Shown here: one piece after another, positions 36,664 to 50,819 of the stretch
How positions within the stretch are numbered: position 1 is the stretch's first letter
Layout of the letters: every line of letters begins with the position of its first letter
The notes under the pieces: model-generated
The model's database searches: none
Told to the model about the DNA's origin: nothing
Seen by the model: only the letters and a program-made list of their open reading frames with translations
Assembly (NCBI RefSeq): GCF_006345805.1
Contig: NC_043006.1
Coordinates: 81,220,001 to 81,284,000, forward strand
Direction of reading: 5' to 3'
Source of the DNA: Octopus sinensis
Lineage: Eukaryota
DNA: 64,000 nucleotides
Made by a program: the position numbers and the translations under genes

Positions 36664-38282
36664 ATACCTACAAGAGTAGGTACAAATTTACGGTATAGGA
36701 ATTTGAACAGATTCAACTGGATACTAACTGATCTCCAAGTAACGTAATGGACAAAGAGGACAACAGCAGGACCATTCGCTTAGTATCAAGGATAAGGAAT
36801 CGAGTATATGTATTTAGCAGTAAACTATATATAAACATCAATATCGATCAATAGATAATTACCTCTAATATTATTATGAATAAAAATAAGATCTTTGATG
36901 TTTATATGTTTCCTAACTGATCGATTACAAGAGCGTATAGACACTGTTCGTACAGTATTGCGGTTTAAGAATATCTTTTTTATGTCTTTTAAATATTCCT
37001 AGCGTAAATGGTTTGGAATTTATTGAGTTAATCATCAAGTGAATCATTGAAAAGAAATGCTGTTTGATTGTCTTCACTCTTGCCAAATAGGTTACATGGA
37101 TATATATGTATTTGCGTGTATACACACACAGACACACACACACATGTATATAAACATATATTTATATGTTTGCGTGTGTGTGTGTGTGTTTATGCGTGAG
37201 AGTGTATGTGTGTGTGTACACGAGATTCCATTAGTCAGTTTTGACCATTGATCTCTGTACGCATGTGCCTGCAAGTCCGGGCATCTTTTGGAGCAATTTA
37301 CCTATATATGCGCCACCACTGTTTACCCAAGGGAAATGCTTCCGCTTTAGGGCGGAGACTGCTTGCCCGCCAATGTCATTGCAGATGTTGCTGCCAGAAC
37401 GTAAGTGACCGGAACTGAGTCTGCAAAAAATAATTTTGTCCAAGGCGTTTGCCGTTCTGTTAATCCAATATCTTGTATTGGTACTTATTTATCAACCTCG
37501 AAAGGAAGAAATATTCCTTCTTGACTTCGGTGGGTTTGATCACAGAATACAGAGTTGCAAAAAATACCGCGATGCATTATAACTAATGCTCTAGCAACTC
37601 ACTCAAATCGCCACCTTCAGTATAAAGCTACAGAATATCCATTGTCTTTAATGTAAAAATTTATGTTAGGTATTCAATACGGATGCTTTCAAGTATTTTA
37701 TTATCAGAATACAACCCGGGGAAATATTAATAGAAATGTACTTCAAATATTCCCGGTGATTAATAAAGTGTTGCATTGTCATTTTCTAATATTTTAAATG
37801 CTTTAGAACTCATCATCTTTGTGGGAGAAATTCTTTGAAGTGTATATAAGCATAACGCAAATGCATACGTATGTATACAAAACACCCACTCTACACTTAT
37901 AAATCCACATGTAAAAGAAACATATGAATATGTGTTTGTGTGTGTGTTTCGTATGCATGTATGTATATATATATGTAAATTCACGGCCAGAGGCAAACAT
38001 GTCTTTCAAATGTTCTGTTACTGTTCTGAGTTTATTCACAAAGACTGACTGCAAGATTCGCGGGGAGGTAAACTCGAAGAATATAAATTCTTACACATCA
38101 CGATGGACAGCATAAACAGAAATAACAGCCAGAAATCCTTAATTGTGTCGGAAAAGAATAAACGAAAGCGATTTAAAACTCTCTTATTTTATTAACTTTC
38201 GTGGCGTATGTAATTTGTCTCGTGTTATGTCACGCCGATAAGTCCAAACAATGATGGAAAACTGACGAATGGGATTACATGT

Positions 38283-38567
38283 CATCAGGACAATATTTCA
38301 GCGCACAAGTACTTGGTTCCAATGGCAGCTACGCATGAGTGTAGCGTTGATCATTGTCCCTAAGCACCATCTGAACTGGCACCATCTGACTATCATCTGT
38401 TCCTCAACAACAAAAAATCCTTGGCTGGGAATCAGTATCACAGTGATGATGACATCATACCTACCATTGATGACCGTTTTGAAAGCTTCTTCACCAGTGT
38501 GTGACAAGCACTGTAACACCAATGAGAGTAATGTATGGATCTCAATGGGAAATATGTTGAAAAATAA
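38283..38567 (+). pseudogene. Mariner transposase C-terminal remnant
   Basis: Manual translation HQDNISAHK...SELAPSDYHLFLNNKKSLAGNQYHSDDDII...C.DLNGKYVEK*. Matches the mariner HDNA, SPDLAPSDY and G.YVE motifs. Confidence 0.85.
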
Positions 38568-38991
38568 GCCTCATTCATTCACACACTCTACGAGAGTATC
38601 TTGGTCACACGATTGTCGTATGTCAAATTACATATCAAACTAAATACATTACTTTATATATGGGTTAGATTTGTATTAAGAATGTGTCCTCTAAGTGTAT
38701 GTATGTCCATATATAAAAAGATATTTGGAAATATATCCTACTTTAATCAAATGTCTGTATATTATATTTTTTTATTCTACTTAACCGTATCATACTGTAT
38801 TATCTATTTTTGTTCTTCTATGAAGAGTATGAATGTAAGAGGTGTACATGTGTGCATATACAAGTAGAAATATGCATACATTTTTAAAGTATGTTGATGC
38901 TTCGTTTTGCTTTCTATTGCTTTCTTTATTTCAGTCTTTTATAGGAGGTGAATATGTTAGCTTATATAAATCGATATACGTATATATATGA

Positions 38992-39031
<40 letters not shown>

Positions 39032-39344
39032 TGAATATTAATAAGAGGCATGTATGTGTGTATGTATAAGTGGCCAGGTGTATGTATGTATGTATGTGTG
39101 TTATGTATGTATACATACATACATACACGTGAACAGTGTTCGGCCAAACCTGATCTTGCTTTCTTGGTTCAGACGTCGTCCGTGCAAAATCTATATTCCA
39201 ACCTTTGTCTGTGAAACCTTGTATCCCTGCCGTAAGGCTTTATTTCCACACGCACCAGGTTAACTTAATTCGTCCTTAGTCGAAAGACACCTGTTGTTAT
39301 GTCCTGTTATTTGTACTTGTGTAACATTCTCCGTTTTTTCCGTC

Positions 39345-39584
39345 CTTGTTTTCGTATACATTCGTTGTTTTCTTCCAAGGAATCTAATGTTGTTAGCTTA
39401 GTTTTTCCTTGGAGCTGGCCAGATTGGAACAATCAGGAATATAGCCAGCCGAAATTGTAAAGATAATCTGGAAGTCAACTGAGGAAAGAAAACTCCGAAT
39501 GACTCGTTCTTTTTTTATATTTGTATCGTCTATCTAGACGTTTTGCGTTCTTGTCCCATTTTGTACTTTATATATATATGTATA

Positions 39585-39636
<52 letters not shown>

Positions 39637-39902
39637 ATATAATATATATATATATACATATATATACATATATATATAAAGTACAAAATGGGACAAGAAC
39701 GCAAAACGTCTAGATAGACGATGCAAATATAAAAAAAGAACGAGTCATTCGGAGTTTTCTTTCCTCAGTTGACTTCCAGATTATCTTTACAATTTCGGCT
39801 GGCTATATTCCTGATTGTTCCAATCTGGCCAGCTCCAAGGTAAAACTAAGCTAACAACATTAGACTCCTTGGAAGAAAACAACGAATGTATACGAAAACA
39901 AG
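39345..39902. repeat. Near-perfect inverted repeat, ~225-bp arms around a ~105-bp (TA)n spacer
   Basis: 39345-39570 vs 39677-39902; 3 mismatches found by eye. Confidence 0.95.
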
Positions 39903-40669
39903 TATACTACTTCGTGGGTGTTTGTATAGGGGAATTTCTTTGTAGGATGTTAAGGATAGCTACTCACTTTTTTTGCCACAAAGATGCATATAAAAACTAG
40001 ACGATAATAAATTAACTTTAAATAGAGGCCCGTTCATGTCTAGGGTAGAGACAGTTGTTTTGTTGCGAGAGACGGAAGGCCATGTAGATCATTAAAAGAG
40101 ACAAGGAAACGGTTGATAAATGCTCTAATGATTAGCCTTTGCTTTCTAATCACTTTATCATTTCTAAATGCTTTATTTTATTCGTGTTATTCTTCCGTTT
40201 CTTTAGAACTTTCCTCCTTATAATTTAACCATTGACATAGAATGGTAATTTAAAGTCAACCTGACGCTTATCAATTGGCTATATTTTTTTCTTTTTAGTA
40301 CTTTGATTGTAATGATATTTTGCCTTTTACTATATCTATGAGTTTAATTTTGCCTGTAAACTGCTCGGAATGGCACATCACTGAGTGAAACAGCAGGAGA
40401 ATCTAACGAAGAACTTAAACAATCATCTGAGGAATCGCATTTTACACCTTGGACGTAAGATAATGACTACACAACATCTCACCAATGTACTAAATATGTC
40501 GAAAAAATTCTAGTGAATTTAAGTAAAGAATGTCATTAATTCCATTTTCTATCACATATCTGAACTCTATGGAATTATTCATGTATATCTCGTAGCAAGA
40601 GCATTTCCACAGAAATACTGTGGTCAAGTATTTTACCTGAATTTTACTTAACTACAAACACACAGACAC

Positions 40670-40673
40670 ATAT

Positions 40674-40748
<75 letters not shown>

Positions 40749-40750
40749 AC

Positions 40751-40783
<33 letters not shown>

Positions 40784-40786
40784 CAG

Positions 40787-40856
<70 letters not shown>

Positions 40857-40885
40857 TATATACTTATATATACACACACACAACA
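40670..40885. repeat. (TA)n microsatellite
   Basis: Directly visible. Confidence 0.95.
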
Positions 40886-41362
40886 CAAGTACGAATCCAA
40901 TTGGCTTCTTTCAATGTTAGTCGACAAAATCCAGTCACAAGCCTTTTTTGTCAGTTCAGTGCTGTAGTAAACAACACTTGCCCAAGATGCCATGCTCTAG
41001 AACTCAAGCCGAAAACTGCATGGCTCGGTCTTGAACTTCTTATCCACACAGCCGTTCAGTTTTAAAAATACGAAGTTGTTTTATTTTAAGAAGAAATGGA
41101 AAATAACAAAATTCAGTGAGTATCAAATTAAATAAATATATCTCGTAGACTCTAATGTGAAAGTCGATCATCGTATCAGACATCATCTTTTTCTGTGATA
41201 ACAATAGTAAGATAACTTATCAGACCTTATACGTTTTAGTTTTATACCACACGATCGAATACCGCAGATATGTGACGTAAATGAACTGAAATGGCTTAAC
41301 TTACAAAGGAATCTGTATATAGTCTATAATGCGCGTCCGATGTTACGACAATGGATTTCGAT

Positions 41363-41422
<60 letters not shown>

Positions 41423-41989
41423 TAAAAGTTAATACCTAGCGTTTGGTTTAAACCTACTAACAATGAAAGCAAGCGCTATATGTTCCATGAAAAGCATCCA
41501 AATAAGAGTGTAATATTACAGTTTCTTAACTTTTTTCTATTAGTTATGAGTGAATATGTATTGATTCATTGTACAATGGTGTACTGCCAATGTATCATAA
41601 CGATCAATAAGAAACCCAACAGAAGAGTTGCAGACATTAGTTTAGGATGCATACATTGATAATAATATTCATTAGAGTTCATAAGCCACTAAGTATCATA
41701 CATACTTGTGCTGTGTTCTTGGCAAATATTGTCTGGTGGCTAACAATGAAGTTGAAAAATTTCATTAACTCGACTTGCCCTAAAACCAATTAATAAAACT
41801 AATGGAAAGGTATATAGAATTAGCGAAAATATATTTTAGTGTTATTTGTAGCATTTTTTATTTATGTATTTATTTCTTTATTTATTTGCTCGATATATTT
41901 ATTGTTTTTATTGCAATGCAAGCTATCAGCAATATAACTAATTTGTCTAGAAAATTATCTAAACTCCGTCTCTTTATTATAAAGGCAGT

Positions 41990-42780
41990 GAAGCGGGTGG
42001 GCTGGCAGAGCCGTTAGCACGCTGGACATAATACGTCGTGCAATTCCGTCTGTCTTTACGTTCTGAGTTCAAATTCCACTGAAACCAAATTTCTCTTTTC
42101 TACTTTCGGTGTTGATAAAATAATTACCAGTCAAGTACTGAAGTCGATGTAATAGACTTGCCCGTCCCCTCAAACCTTCATGACCTTGTCCAAATTTTAG
42201 AACCATTATTATATAATCGGTGAGGTGGCAGAATCGTTAGGGGGTCGGATAAAATGCCTACCGGTATTTCTCCCGACTTATTACACGCTGAGTCAAGTTT
42301 GCCTTTCATCTTTCCGGGATCGATAAAATAAGTGCTCCTTAAGTATTGGAATCGGTGTAATCGACTGTCCATCTCCCCTGCCAAATTGCTGGTCTTCCGC
42401 CAAAATTAGAAAGGAGTGTTATTATCATTTAGGGCGCGAACTGGCAGAATTTTCACCACATCGCATAAAGGGCTTAGCCGCATTCCTTCTGAGCTCAAAT
42501 TCTGCCGAGGTCGACTCTCCCTTCTATCTTTTCGGGATCGATAAAATAAGTACCAATCTTGTACTGAAGTCAATGTTATCGAGTTGCCCCCTCCGCAAAT
42601 AACTGCAGTGGTTGTGCCAAAATTTGAAATTACTGTTTAGGCAGTGAGCCGGTAGGATCTTTAGCACACTAAGCAAAACGCTTAGCAGCATTTCTTCCGG
42701 TTTTACTCTCTGAATCCAAATGCCACCAAGGTCGACGTTGACTTCCATTTTTTCGGTGTCTATAAATTAAGTACCAGCTT
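41990..42780 (+). mobile_element. Head-to-tail array of four diverged SINE family C copies
   Basis: Heads near 41993, 42220, 42433 and 42638. Each has a CTGAGT(T)CAAATT...GATAAAATAA(G)TACC-like core. Confidence 0.75.
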
Positions 42781-42884
42781 TCTGGTTTCCCTGTGTCCTG
42801 CTGTAACTCTAGCACCTCTTAATAAACTTTCCTCATTATTACCTACATAAAATCTATATCTACTCTCGCTAACTCCACCCAGTC

Positions 42885-43005
42885 TTCTTCTTCTTCTTCT
42901 TCTTCTTCTTCTTCTTCTTCTTCTTCTTCTTCTTCTTCTTCTTCTTCTGCTTCATCTTCTTTTTCTTCTTTTTCTTATTCTTTTTCTTTTTCCTTTTCTT
43001 CTCGT

Positions 43006-43044
<39 letters not shown>

Positions 43045-43140
43045 TATTATTATTATTATTATTATTGTTATTATTATTATTATTATTATTATCATCATCA
43101 TCATTAGTATTGTTGTTGTTGTTGTTGTTGTTATTATTTT
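42885..43140. repeat. Compound microsatellite (TTC)n-(TAA)n-(TTA)n-(TCA)n-(TTG)n
   Basis: Directly visible. Confidence 0.95.
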
Positions 43141-44115
43141 TACTATGTGTCGAACTGTATAGAGAAAAAAGCACCTTTAAAAGTGAAATTGTAACTGATT
43201 TACATTTTCATTTGAAGTAATTTAAATTCACTTACGATCCGAAACAAACATGGATATTAAATCTACTCTAGTCATTATCTTACTTTTATAAGACTGAATT
43301 CTCTTAACAAGGTAATAATATCCGCATTCTTAATATGAAGTTGCAAAACAGTAGATCTTTTACCGTTAAGTAGGATTTGTGATATCACGATTATTACCGT
43401 ATTATATGTGGCGTGCTGAAACTAATAGCATCTCTTAACCTTTGATGAACTGAAAATTTTTCTTAACCCTAAAGTTGTCGTTTGATATCAAGCAACTGCT
43501 TGCAGTGTAACAAGATTAATTTTCAACATAGAGGAGTCCATCCGTATCGAAAGCACGGGATAAGGCCGGAAATTAAACGCGAGAAGAGTAATCGAAGTGA
43601 AATAGTACAATTGAGATTTGAGTGTGTGTATAGCCCCTTTTAGGTTGGTTAGCAACACCTAGCACCACTTTACAGCGATCACACGCTGTAATTTGATAAA
43701 TTTAATAATGAAGCTAGAACTTGTTACAACACGTCTTTGAAGACAAGCGTAAGTGATTCTAAAGGTTTATTTGTGGAACAAAGTCTAATATTATTCATGG
43801 CAGCTCTAATGCAAATGTAAACAATCTCCGGTTTATAAGGATTCTTGTATCAAATGCAGAAGATATTTTTAAAGATATGGATCAGATAAAAAGGTGTAGC
43901 AAAATCGGGGTGTACATAAGTCAATTACTGGTATATTTTAGTAAATCACTGGTATATTTTAGTCAATTGCAGGTATATTTTATATAGTTCGAATTTGGTG
44001 GTGATATAGTAGGGTTATTACAATGTTACAGTAATTGTTCCAGCACTCTCATTTCAAATCCGACTGATGTCAATTTTGGCTATCACGTTTATGAAGTCAA
44101 TAATATATGATCCAA

Positions 44116-44448
44116 GACGCATGGCTCAGTGGTTAGAGCGTCGAGCTTACGATCGTGAGGTTGTGAGCTCGAATCCCGGACCGGGCTGCGTGTTGTGTTC
44201 TTGAGCAAGACACTTTATTTCACGTTGTTCCAGTTCACTCAGCTGTAGAAATGAGTTGCGACATCACAGGTGATAAGCTGTATCGGCCTTTGCCTTTCCC
44301 TTGGATAACACTGGTGGCGTGGAGAGGGGAGGCTGGTATGCATGGGCGACTGCTGGTTTTCCATAAACAGCCTTTCCCGGACTTGTGTCTTGGAGGGTAA
44401 CTTTCTAGGTACAATCCCATGATCTGTGTCGTGACCGAAGGGGGTCTC
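44116..44448 (+). mobile_element. SINE family B, full length and well preserved
   Basis: A-box GGCTCAGTGGTTAG, B-box-like GCTCGAATCCC, body, and tail GTGACCGAAGGGGGTCTC. Confidence 0.9.
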
Positions 44449-45134
44449 AGAATCCAAGGCGATAAGTTTGGCGAAATTCTAAGCCGGTTGGACATGTTAT
44501 TTTGGTATTTAATCTGACTTTTTGCAATCTGACAGCAATATTTGCAATAACACTATGCCAAGATGGCGTTTTCTGTAGATAGACATCGGTGGTTTGGAAA
44601 TGAGATAGGAGGTAGCTGTATACATGTGTAACAATCACTTCCATAAAAAATTCTTTCCCGAGCCTTCACATATAAGTGTAGATGAATAGTTCCTAATAAT
44701 TGAGATTCCTAATAATTAAAATACTTTGGCAGTAATGTCTTCGAAAAAGGAAATAAATATGGTCACCTCACATTAAAGAATCAGCTTTTCCTTCTACCGC
44801 ATTTCACAGCCACTTGTTTCCGAAATAGCTGAACTTCACCTGAACGAGTTTGACATAAACCACCTTTTTCCGACCCTCCAGCATGACGATGACAACTCAA
44901 ACCCAGTTATCCAGCTGTAAAGATATGGTCAAAGAATGTTTCTACCCACCCACCATATACATATATATATATATACGTACACATATATGTATAAGTATGC
45001 ATGCACAATGGCAAACACACACACACACGTGTGTACAATGTCAAGCACATACTCATACACACACTCGTATATACACATGTAAATATATGTAAATATATCT
45101 ATATATGAAAATGATATTTAAATATCCTACTAGG

Positions 45135-45350
45135 CCATAGACTTATGACGCTGGTTCCCAAGCTTCTGTGGAGTATATGTTTCCCCACACCTGCACGGGA
45201 CGCAGAACCGTCACTTGATTACTCATTCGTGCCAGCTTAATGGACTGGAGTTACAAGAAATTAAGTATTTAGCTTAAAAGCACAAAGTAACAACGTATTG
45301 CCTCGCCCAGTGATCGAAATCACGACCTTATAATGAGAGATCAAAAGAAA
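45135..45350 (+). repeat. 216-bp direct repeat A (second copy 47133-47348)
   Basis: Near-identical copies 1998 bp apart; the unit includes a heavily decayed family B SINE piece. Confidence 0.9.
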
Positions 45351-45464
45351 TGGAGAAACAGTGTATTTTCATACACCAGTTCGACTTAACCGCTCCTCCT
45401 TCTTGAAACAGCTTTCGGATTTCTTTTTCCCTCTCATTCTTCTTTCTTCAAATGTATGTATATA

Positions 45465-45869
45465 GGCGCAGGATTGTTTGGCAAGTAGCTTGCTTACCAA
45501 CCACGTGGTTCCGCGTTCAGTCCTACTGCGTGGCACCTTGGGTAAGTGCCTTCTACTATAGCCTCGGGCCGACCAAAGCCTTGTGAGTGGATTTGGTAGA
45601 CGGAAACTCGAAGAAGCCCGTCGTATATATGTATATCTATATATGTGTATGTGTGTGTTTGTGTGTATGTGTTTGTACCCCCCCCCCCAACATCGCTTGA
45701 CAACCGATGCTGGTGTGTTTACGTCCCCATAACTTAGCTGTTCGGCCTAAGAGACCGATAGAATAAGTACTAGGCTTACAAGCAATAAATCTTTGCTCGA
45801 CTAAAGGCGGTGCTCAGGCATGGCCACAGTCGCATGACTGAAACAATAAAAAAGTAAAAAGTAAAAGAG
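45465..45869 (+). mobile_element. SINE family A, followed by (TATG)n to about 46100
   Basis: Head GGCGCAGG..., tail GGCGGTGCTCAGGCATGGCCACAGTCGCATGACTGAAAC. Confidence 0.85.
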
Positions 45870-45877
45870 TGTGTATG

Positions 45878-45911
<34 letters not shown>

Positions 45912-46037
45912 TGTATGACTGTATGTATGTATGTATGCCTGTATGTATGTATGTCTGTATGTATGTATATATGTATGTATTTATGTATGTATGTATGTAT
46001 GCATGTATGCATGAATGTATGTATGTATGTATGTATG

Positions 46038-46071
<34 letters not shown>

Positions 46072-46511
46072 TGTATGTATGTATTCATGCATGTGTGTAT
46101 GCATGTATCTCATTAGAAAGAGTCTGCAGGTTCTAAATGAGGAGAACATGCCGGAACCCAAGTGCCTCACTTCTTCCTTTGTAATGTCTTTGCAAATTCT
46201 CATTCTGGTAAGCTCACTGGTCTCGTCAGTAGTGCGCCAGTGCGACGTTTTGCTGAATGGAACATTCATCACATCCATAAAAGGCAGTCACCGCAGATAA
46301 AATAGACTGGCGTATCATATCTAGGTATGTTTGAAAAAGAACAATACTTTCAAAGAAAAATGGTCTTATTAAACCTCTTGATGAGATTCCACTCTAGATA
46401 TTGACCTTCGGTAAATTGACAGTTTCTTCATTGTAATTATGTCGGTTTATTGTTCCCTTTAACTTAAATTGTGCTTCATCAGATCACAATTATGGTGGAA
46501 GATTATACTTC

Positions 46512-46700
46512 TATAATCTTCCACCATTTCTATGATATTCGTCGTGAAATTTCGAGGCCATTCACTTAATGACTTTGAAATTGATGATTAAGTACGAAAT
46601 GCATTTGTTTTGTCACTTCAATATTTAGATAATCTCATTTTCAATATCTTTCATTCCTGTTAACGGAACCAATATCTTTGATATAAGCTATATATTTATA
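46512..46700 (+). repeat. ~190-bp direct repeat B (second copy 48744-48932)
   Basis: Highly similar copies 2232 bp apart. Confidence 0.9.
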
Positions 46701-48031
46701 GCTATATTTATATTCATCCTCGCCTAGCATTTATTGAACTCGATTCTTCGATTAGGATAGTGATTGTTAATTGCATGTCATAATCCTTGGCGGTAAAATT
46801 TCCACTCAGCTTTCTTTTATAATGTGCTTGTATGCTTGTACTGTTTATTCCTGTCTCGCGTGCTCATTTTGTAACGCACTCCTGTGGCTCCCACTACAGC
46901 CAAGGAAACAACACTTGCTACTCTAAGACGTTGACGGATTTTCCCTTCAGCACATCGCACAAGGTACCATAGACTTCGAACTTATCACGAATCCATAAAA
47001 CGTAAGAGATATGGGCGTTTCTGTTCCAGGTGTTGGAAATTCTATTCCAAAATGGCTTCTTTCTTGTTGAACTTCAACGCTCTTCAATTTGAAATACCAC
47101 TTCAAAATAATCTTACGTTCCTTAAACAACCACCATAGACTTATGACGCTGGTTCCCAAGCTTCTGTGGAGTATATATTTCTCCACACCTGCACGGGACG
47201 CAGAACCGTCACTTGATTACTCATTCGTGCCAGCTTAATGGACTGGAGTTACAAGAAATTAAGTATTTAGCTTAAAAGCACAAAGTAACAACGTATTGCC
47301 TCGCCCAGTGATCGAAACCACGACCTTATAATAAGAGATCAAAAGAAAGCTGCCATTTTGTCACAGTCGTTCACAAGAAATCGTAAGAAATCCTAAGAAA
47401 GTTTCCGATATCTTAAATCACAAAATAATGCCCATTCAATATTTCATACGTCAACAGTTGATTAAGTTTCAATATTACAATTCATCAACCGAAATAATTA
47501 CGGTACTTTGAAATGAAAAGGTTTTTGAAAAGTTTTCATTGACATTTAAAAAAGGAATAAACCAACCAAGATGAAAAAGCCTCCTTACCACAAAAAGAAA
47601 ACAAGAACAAGCCAGAAAGATCTGAGGTAACTTCTATTAACCCGTGACATTTGGGTAAGTTTAATATCAAAATATTTTACACGCTTCTTTCTTTTAAGTG
47701 TGTATATATTTTAGGGCGGATTCTAAATCGATACATACACACATACACACACACACACCACACACATATATAAATGTATTCATATTCATATTTATATATG
47801 TTTATATACTATATATATCGATATGTATATATTATATATATGTCTGTATGTATCTAAGCATCTTTCAATCTATTTATCTACCAAACTCTTTCCCTACTTA
47901 TCTTACCCTCTCCTCCTCATTCATTCTCTTTCTCTCTGTATATATACATTTATATTCATACATACATACATACATACACACATACATACATGCATACATA
48001 CATACATATATATATTATATATAATATATAT

Positions 48032-48078
<47 letters not shown>

Positions 48079-49130
48079 GTATATATGTAAGTATGTATGA
48101 ATGATGTGAAACAATTATAATTACATTACTTAGATAAGTACATTCAGGCACTACCTTGTGATTTCACTGACATTAATGACGCGAAAAATACTTAAACCGG
48201 TAACTGAAATTTGGTCTTCAAGCCAGCTATCCGGAAACGTGCTTCAACTCTACGATGCTAACTAAATATTAGATTGTAATTTACTTTGACATACAAATGG
48301 TCTTCTCGTTGGTCCAATGTAAAAGCCGTTGGTCGCTTCATTGGAAATCATTCGTACGAACACGAATGCTAACACTTGGCATGTCAATTTATATCTAACG
48401 CTCAACTAGAGACAAGTGAGAAAGTCGCAAATGGGTAAGGTGTTGAATTAAAGTGGAATTAAAGTGAGGTTTCGTGTATATCGGGTGCCAACATCAAGTT
48501 AATAATTCAATGAATAGATAGACTTGAATAAATCAATAAAATATGGAAGATTATCTTTCGGTGAAGTTCTAAAATAAGGTGTTATTAAGAATGATAAAAA
48601 GACGAGGTACGTTTAAATGAATGTTCCCGATAGAGAGAAGTCGCATTACTGTAGTTTTATTTAAAATATGTAATGTTAAGCGTAGGTAAAGCATACTTAG
48701 TAAGAACAACATGTGAATATTATTTTATCAGCATAAATACTTGTATAATCTCCCACCATTTCTATGATATTCATCGTGAAATTTCGAGGCCATTCACTTA
48801 ATGGCTTTGAAATTGATGATTAAGTACGAAATGCATTTGTTTTGTCACTTCAATATTTAGATAATCTAATTTTCAGTATCTTTCATTCCTGTTAACGGAA
48901 CCAATATCTTTGATATCCGCTGTATATTTATATTTATTTTTATATTCTTGTTTATAGATATAAGAGATTTTCATATTTCTTGAAAATATCTTGATAGAGA
49001 GAAATATCTGGCAGAGACAAGTGAATGCACGAAGAATTATGCATAGTTATATACATACTAGCATACATGCATATATATTTGTAAATAATGTGTGTATATA
49101 TTTATACATACACACACACACTCACACACA

Positions 49131-49192
<62 letters not shown>

Positions 49193-49293
49193 ATTATATA
49201 TATATATATATATATTATATATAATATATATATATATATATAGATATATATATATATACATACATGTATATATAAATAGATAGAGAGAGAGAC

Positions 49294-49369
<76 letters not shown>

Positions 49370-49378
49370 CTATATATC

Positions 49379-49411
<33 letters not shown>

Positions 49412-49661
49412 ATATATAGATATATATATACATATACAAACACGTGTCTGTAATTCATTTATAGACATATATATATACATGGCATACAAATATTTATAAT
49501 TTATGAGTGCATCTGTATGCATATTATTATATACATCTGTGGGAATAATATGTACAAACGCACCCTGGCATATATGTATTATACTTAAGTAGATATAAAC
49601 ACACGTCTATCCATAAAACATATATAAGTGTGTATGTATGCATTTATGTATGTGTGTATGC

Positions 49662-49731
<70 letters not shown>

Positions 49732-50299
49732 CGTGTGTGTGTATGCTTGGTTGTATGTAAGTGTGTATGTACGTATGTATGCATACATTTTGTAAGGAGT
49801 TTTATGTTTTTGCGTTTAGACTTAAGGAAGGATATATAATTACATTGAAATACACACACACACAAACACACACATAAGTATGTATGTCTATACATCCATT
49901 TCGTATTTTTATTTTTAATATTAAGTGTATGTTTAATGAAGTCAATCTTCCCATCTATGAATAATTTATCAACTAATAATCTTCAGAATGTGTTTAATGT
50001 GAAAATTTACCTTCGTCTTTTGTGTATTTTGGTTAAACATTTCTGTTTATTTTTAATGTGCGTCAGTGTTCTGATAAAATCTGTCTCGTTAATTCATTGT
50101 ACTTTATAGACATATGCGAAGTTTATTTATTTTATACGCCAATCTGTGATTTGTTACAGATTTCTAATGAACCGAATATTGGTTCGTTAGTAACAAAACG
50201 ACGGCAGATAGAAGGGAGAATCAGGAAGGAACTCGATGCGCAGGATATTGCAAAAGATTTCATCTAAAGAGCACCGTTCTTTCGTCGATGTTTACAACA

Positions 50300-50398
50300 T
50301 ATATAACAACAACAACAACAACAACAACAACAATAATAATAATAATAATAATGATGATAATGATAATAATAATGATAATAATAATGATAATGATAATA

Positions 50399-50435
<37 letters not shown>

Positions 50436-50460
50436 TAATGATAATAATAATAATAATGAT
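50300..50460. repeat. (CAA)n-(TAA/TGA)n microsatellite
   Basis: Directly visible. Confidence 0.95.
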
Positions 50461-50539
50461 AGATTTAGCAGCAGCATACATACACACACATATACATACA
50501 TTTTTATATACATGTGCATATACATGTGTATATATACTC

Positions 50540-50788
50540 TTACTCTTGTACTCTTTTACTTGTTTCTATCATTTGACTGTGACCATGTTGTAGCACCGCC
50601 TTTAGTCGAGCAAATCGACCACAGGGCTTATTCTTTGTAAGCCTAGTACTTATTCTATCGGCCTCTTTTGTCGAACCGCTAAGGTACGAGGACGTAAACA
50701 CACCAGCATCGGTTGTCAAGCGATGTTAGGTGGGGAACAAACACAGAGACACAAACGTATAAAGACACACGCACACACACACTCACAT

Positions 50789-50800
<12 letters not shown>
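50540..50800 (-). mobile_element. SINE family A, 3' half
   Basis: CTCTTTTACTTGTTTC...GCACCGCCTTTAGTCGAGCAAATCGACC...CATCGGTTGTCAAGCGATG. Confidence 0.8.

Positions 50801-50819
<19 letters not shown>

Noticed and set aside
39476-39506. CTGAGGA...GAA motif as a hammerhead in the palindrome arms
   Set aside because: No GAAA or A15.1-U16.1 pair and no stem I; the relative at 19266 lacks the core.
41990-42780. Possible CRISPR-like or regularly spaced array
   Set aside because: Units are ~210-bp diverged SINE copies, not short identical repeats with unique spacers; the context is eukaryotic.
43925-43982. Three ~21-bp tandem units (CTGGTATATTTTAGT...)
   Set aside because: An ordinary short minisatellite.
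46130-46207. Possible 78-bp exon (CAG|GTT...CTG|GTAAG; VLNEENMPEPKCLTSSFVMSLQILIL)
   Set aside because: No polypyrimidine tract, no recognisable protein, no partner exons.
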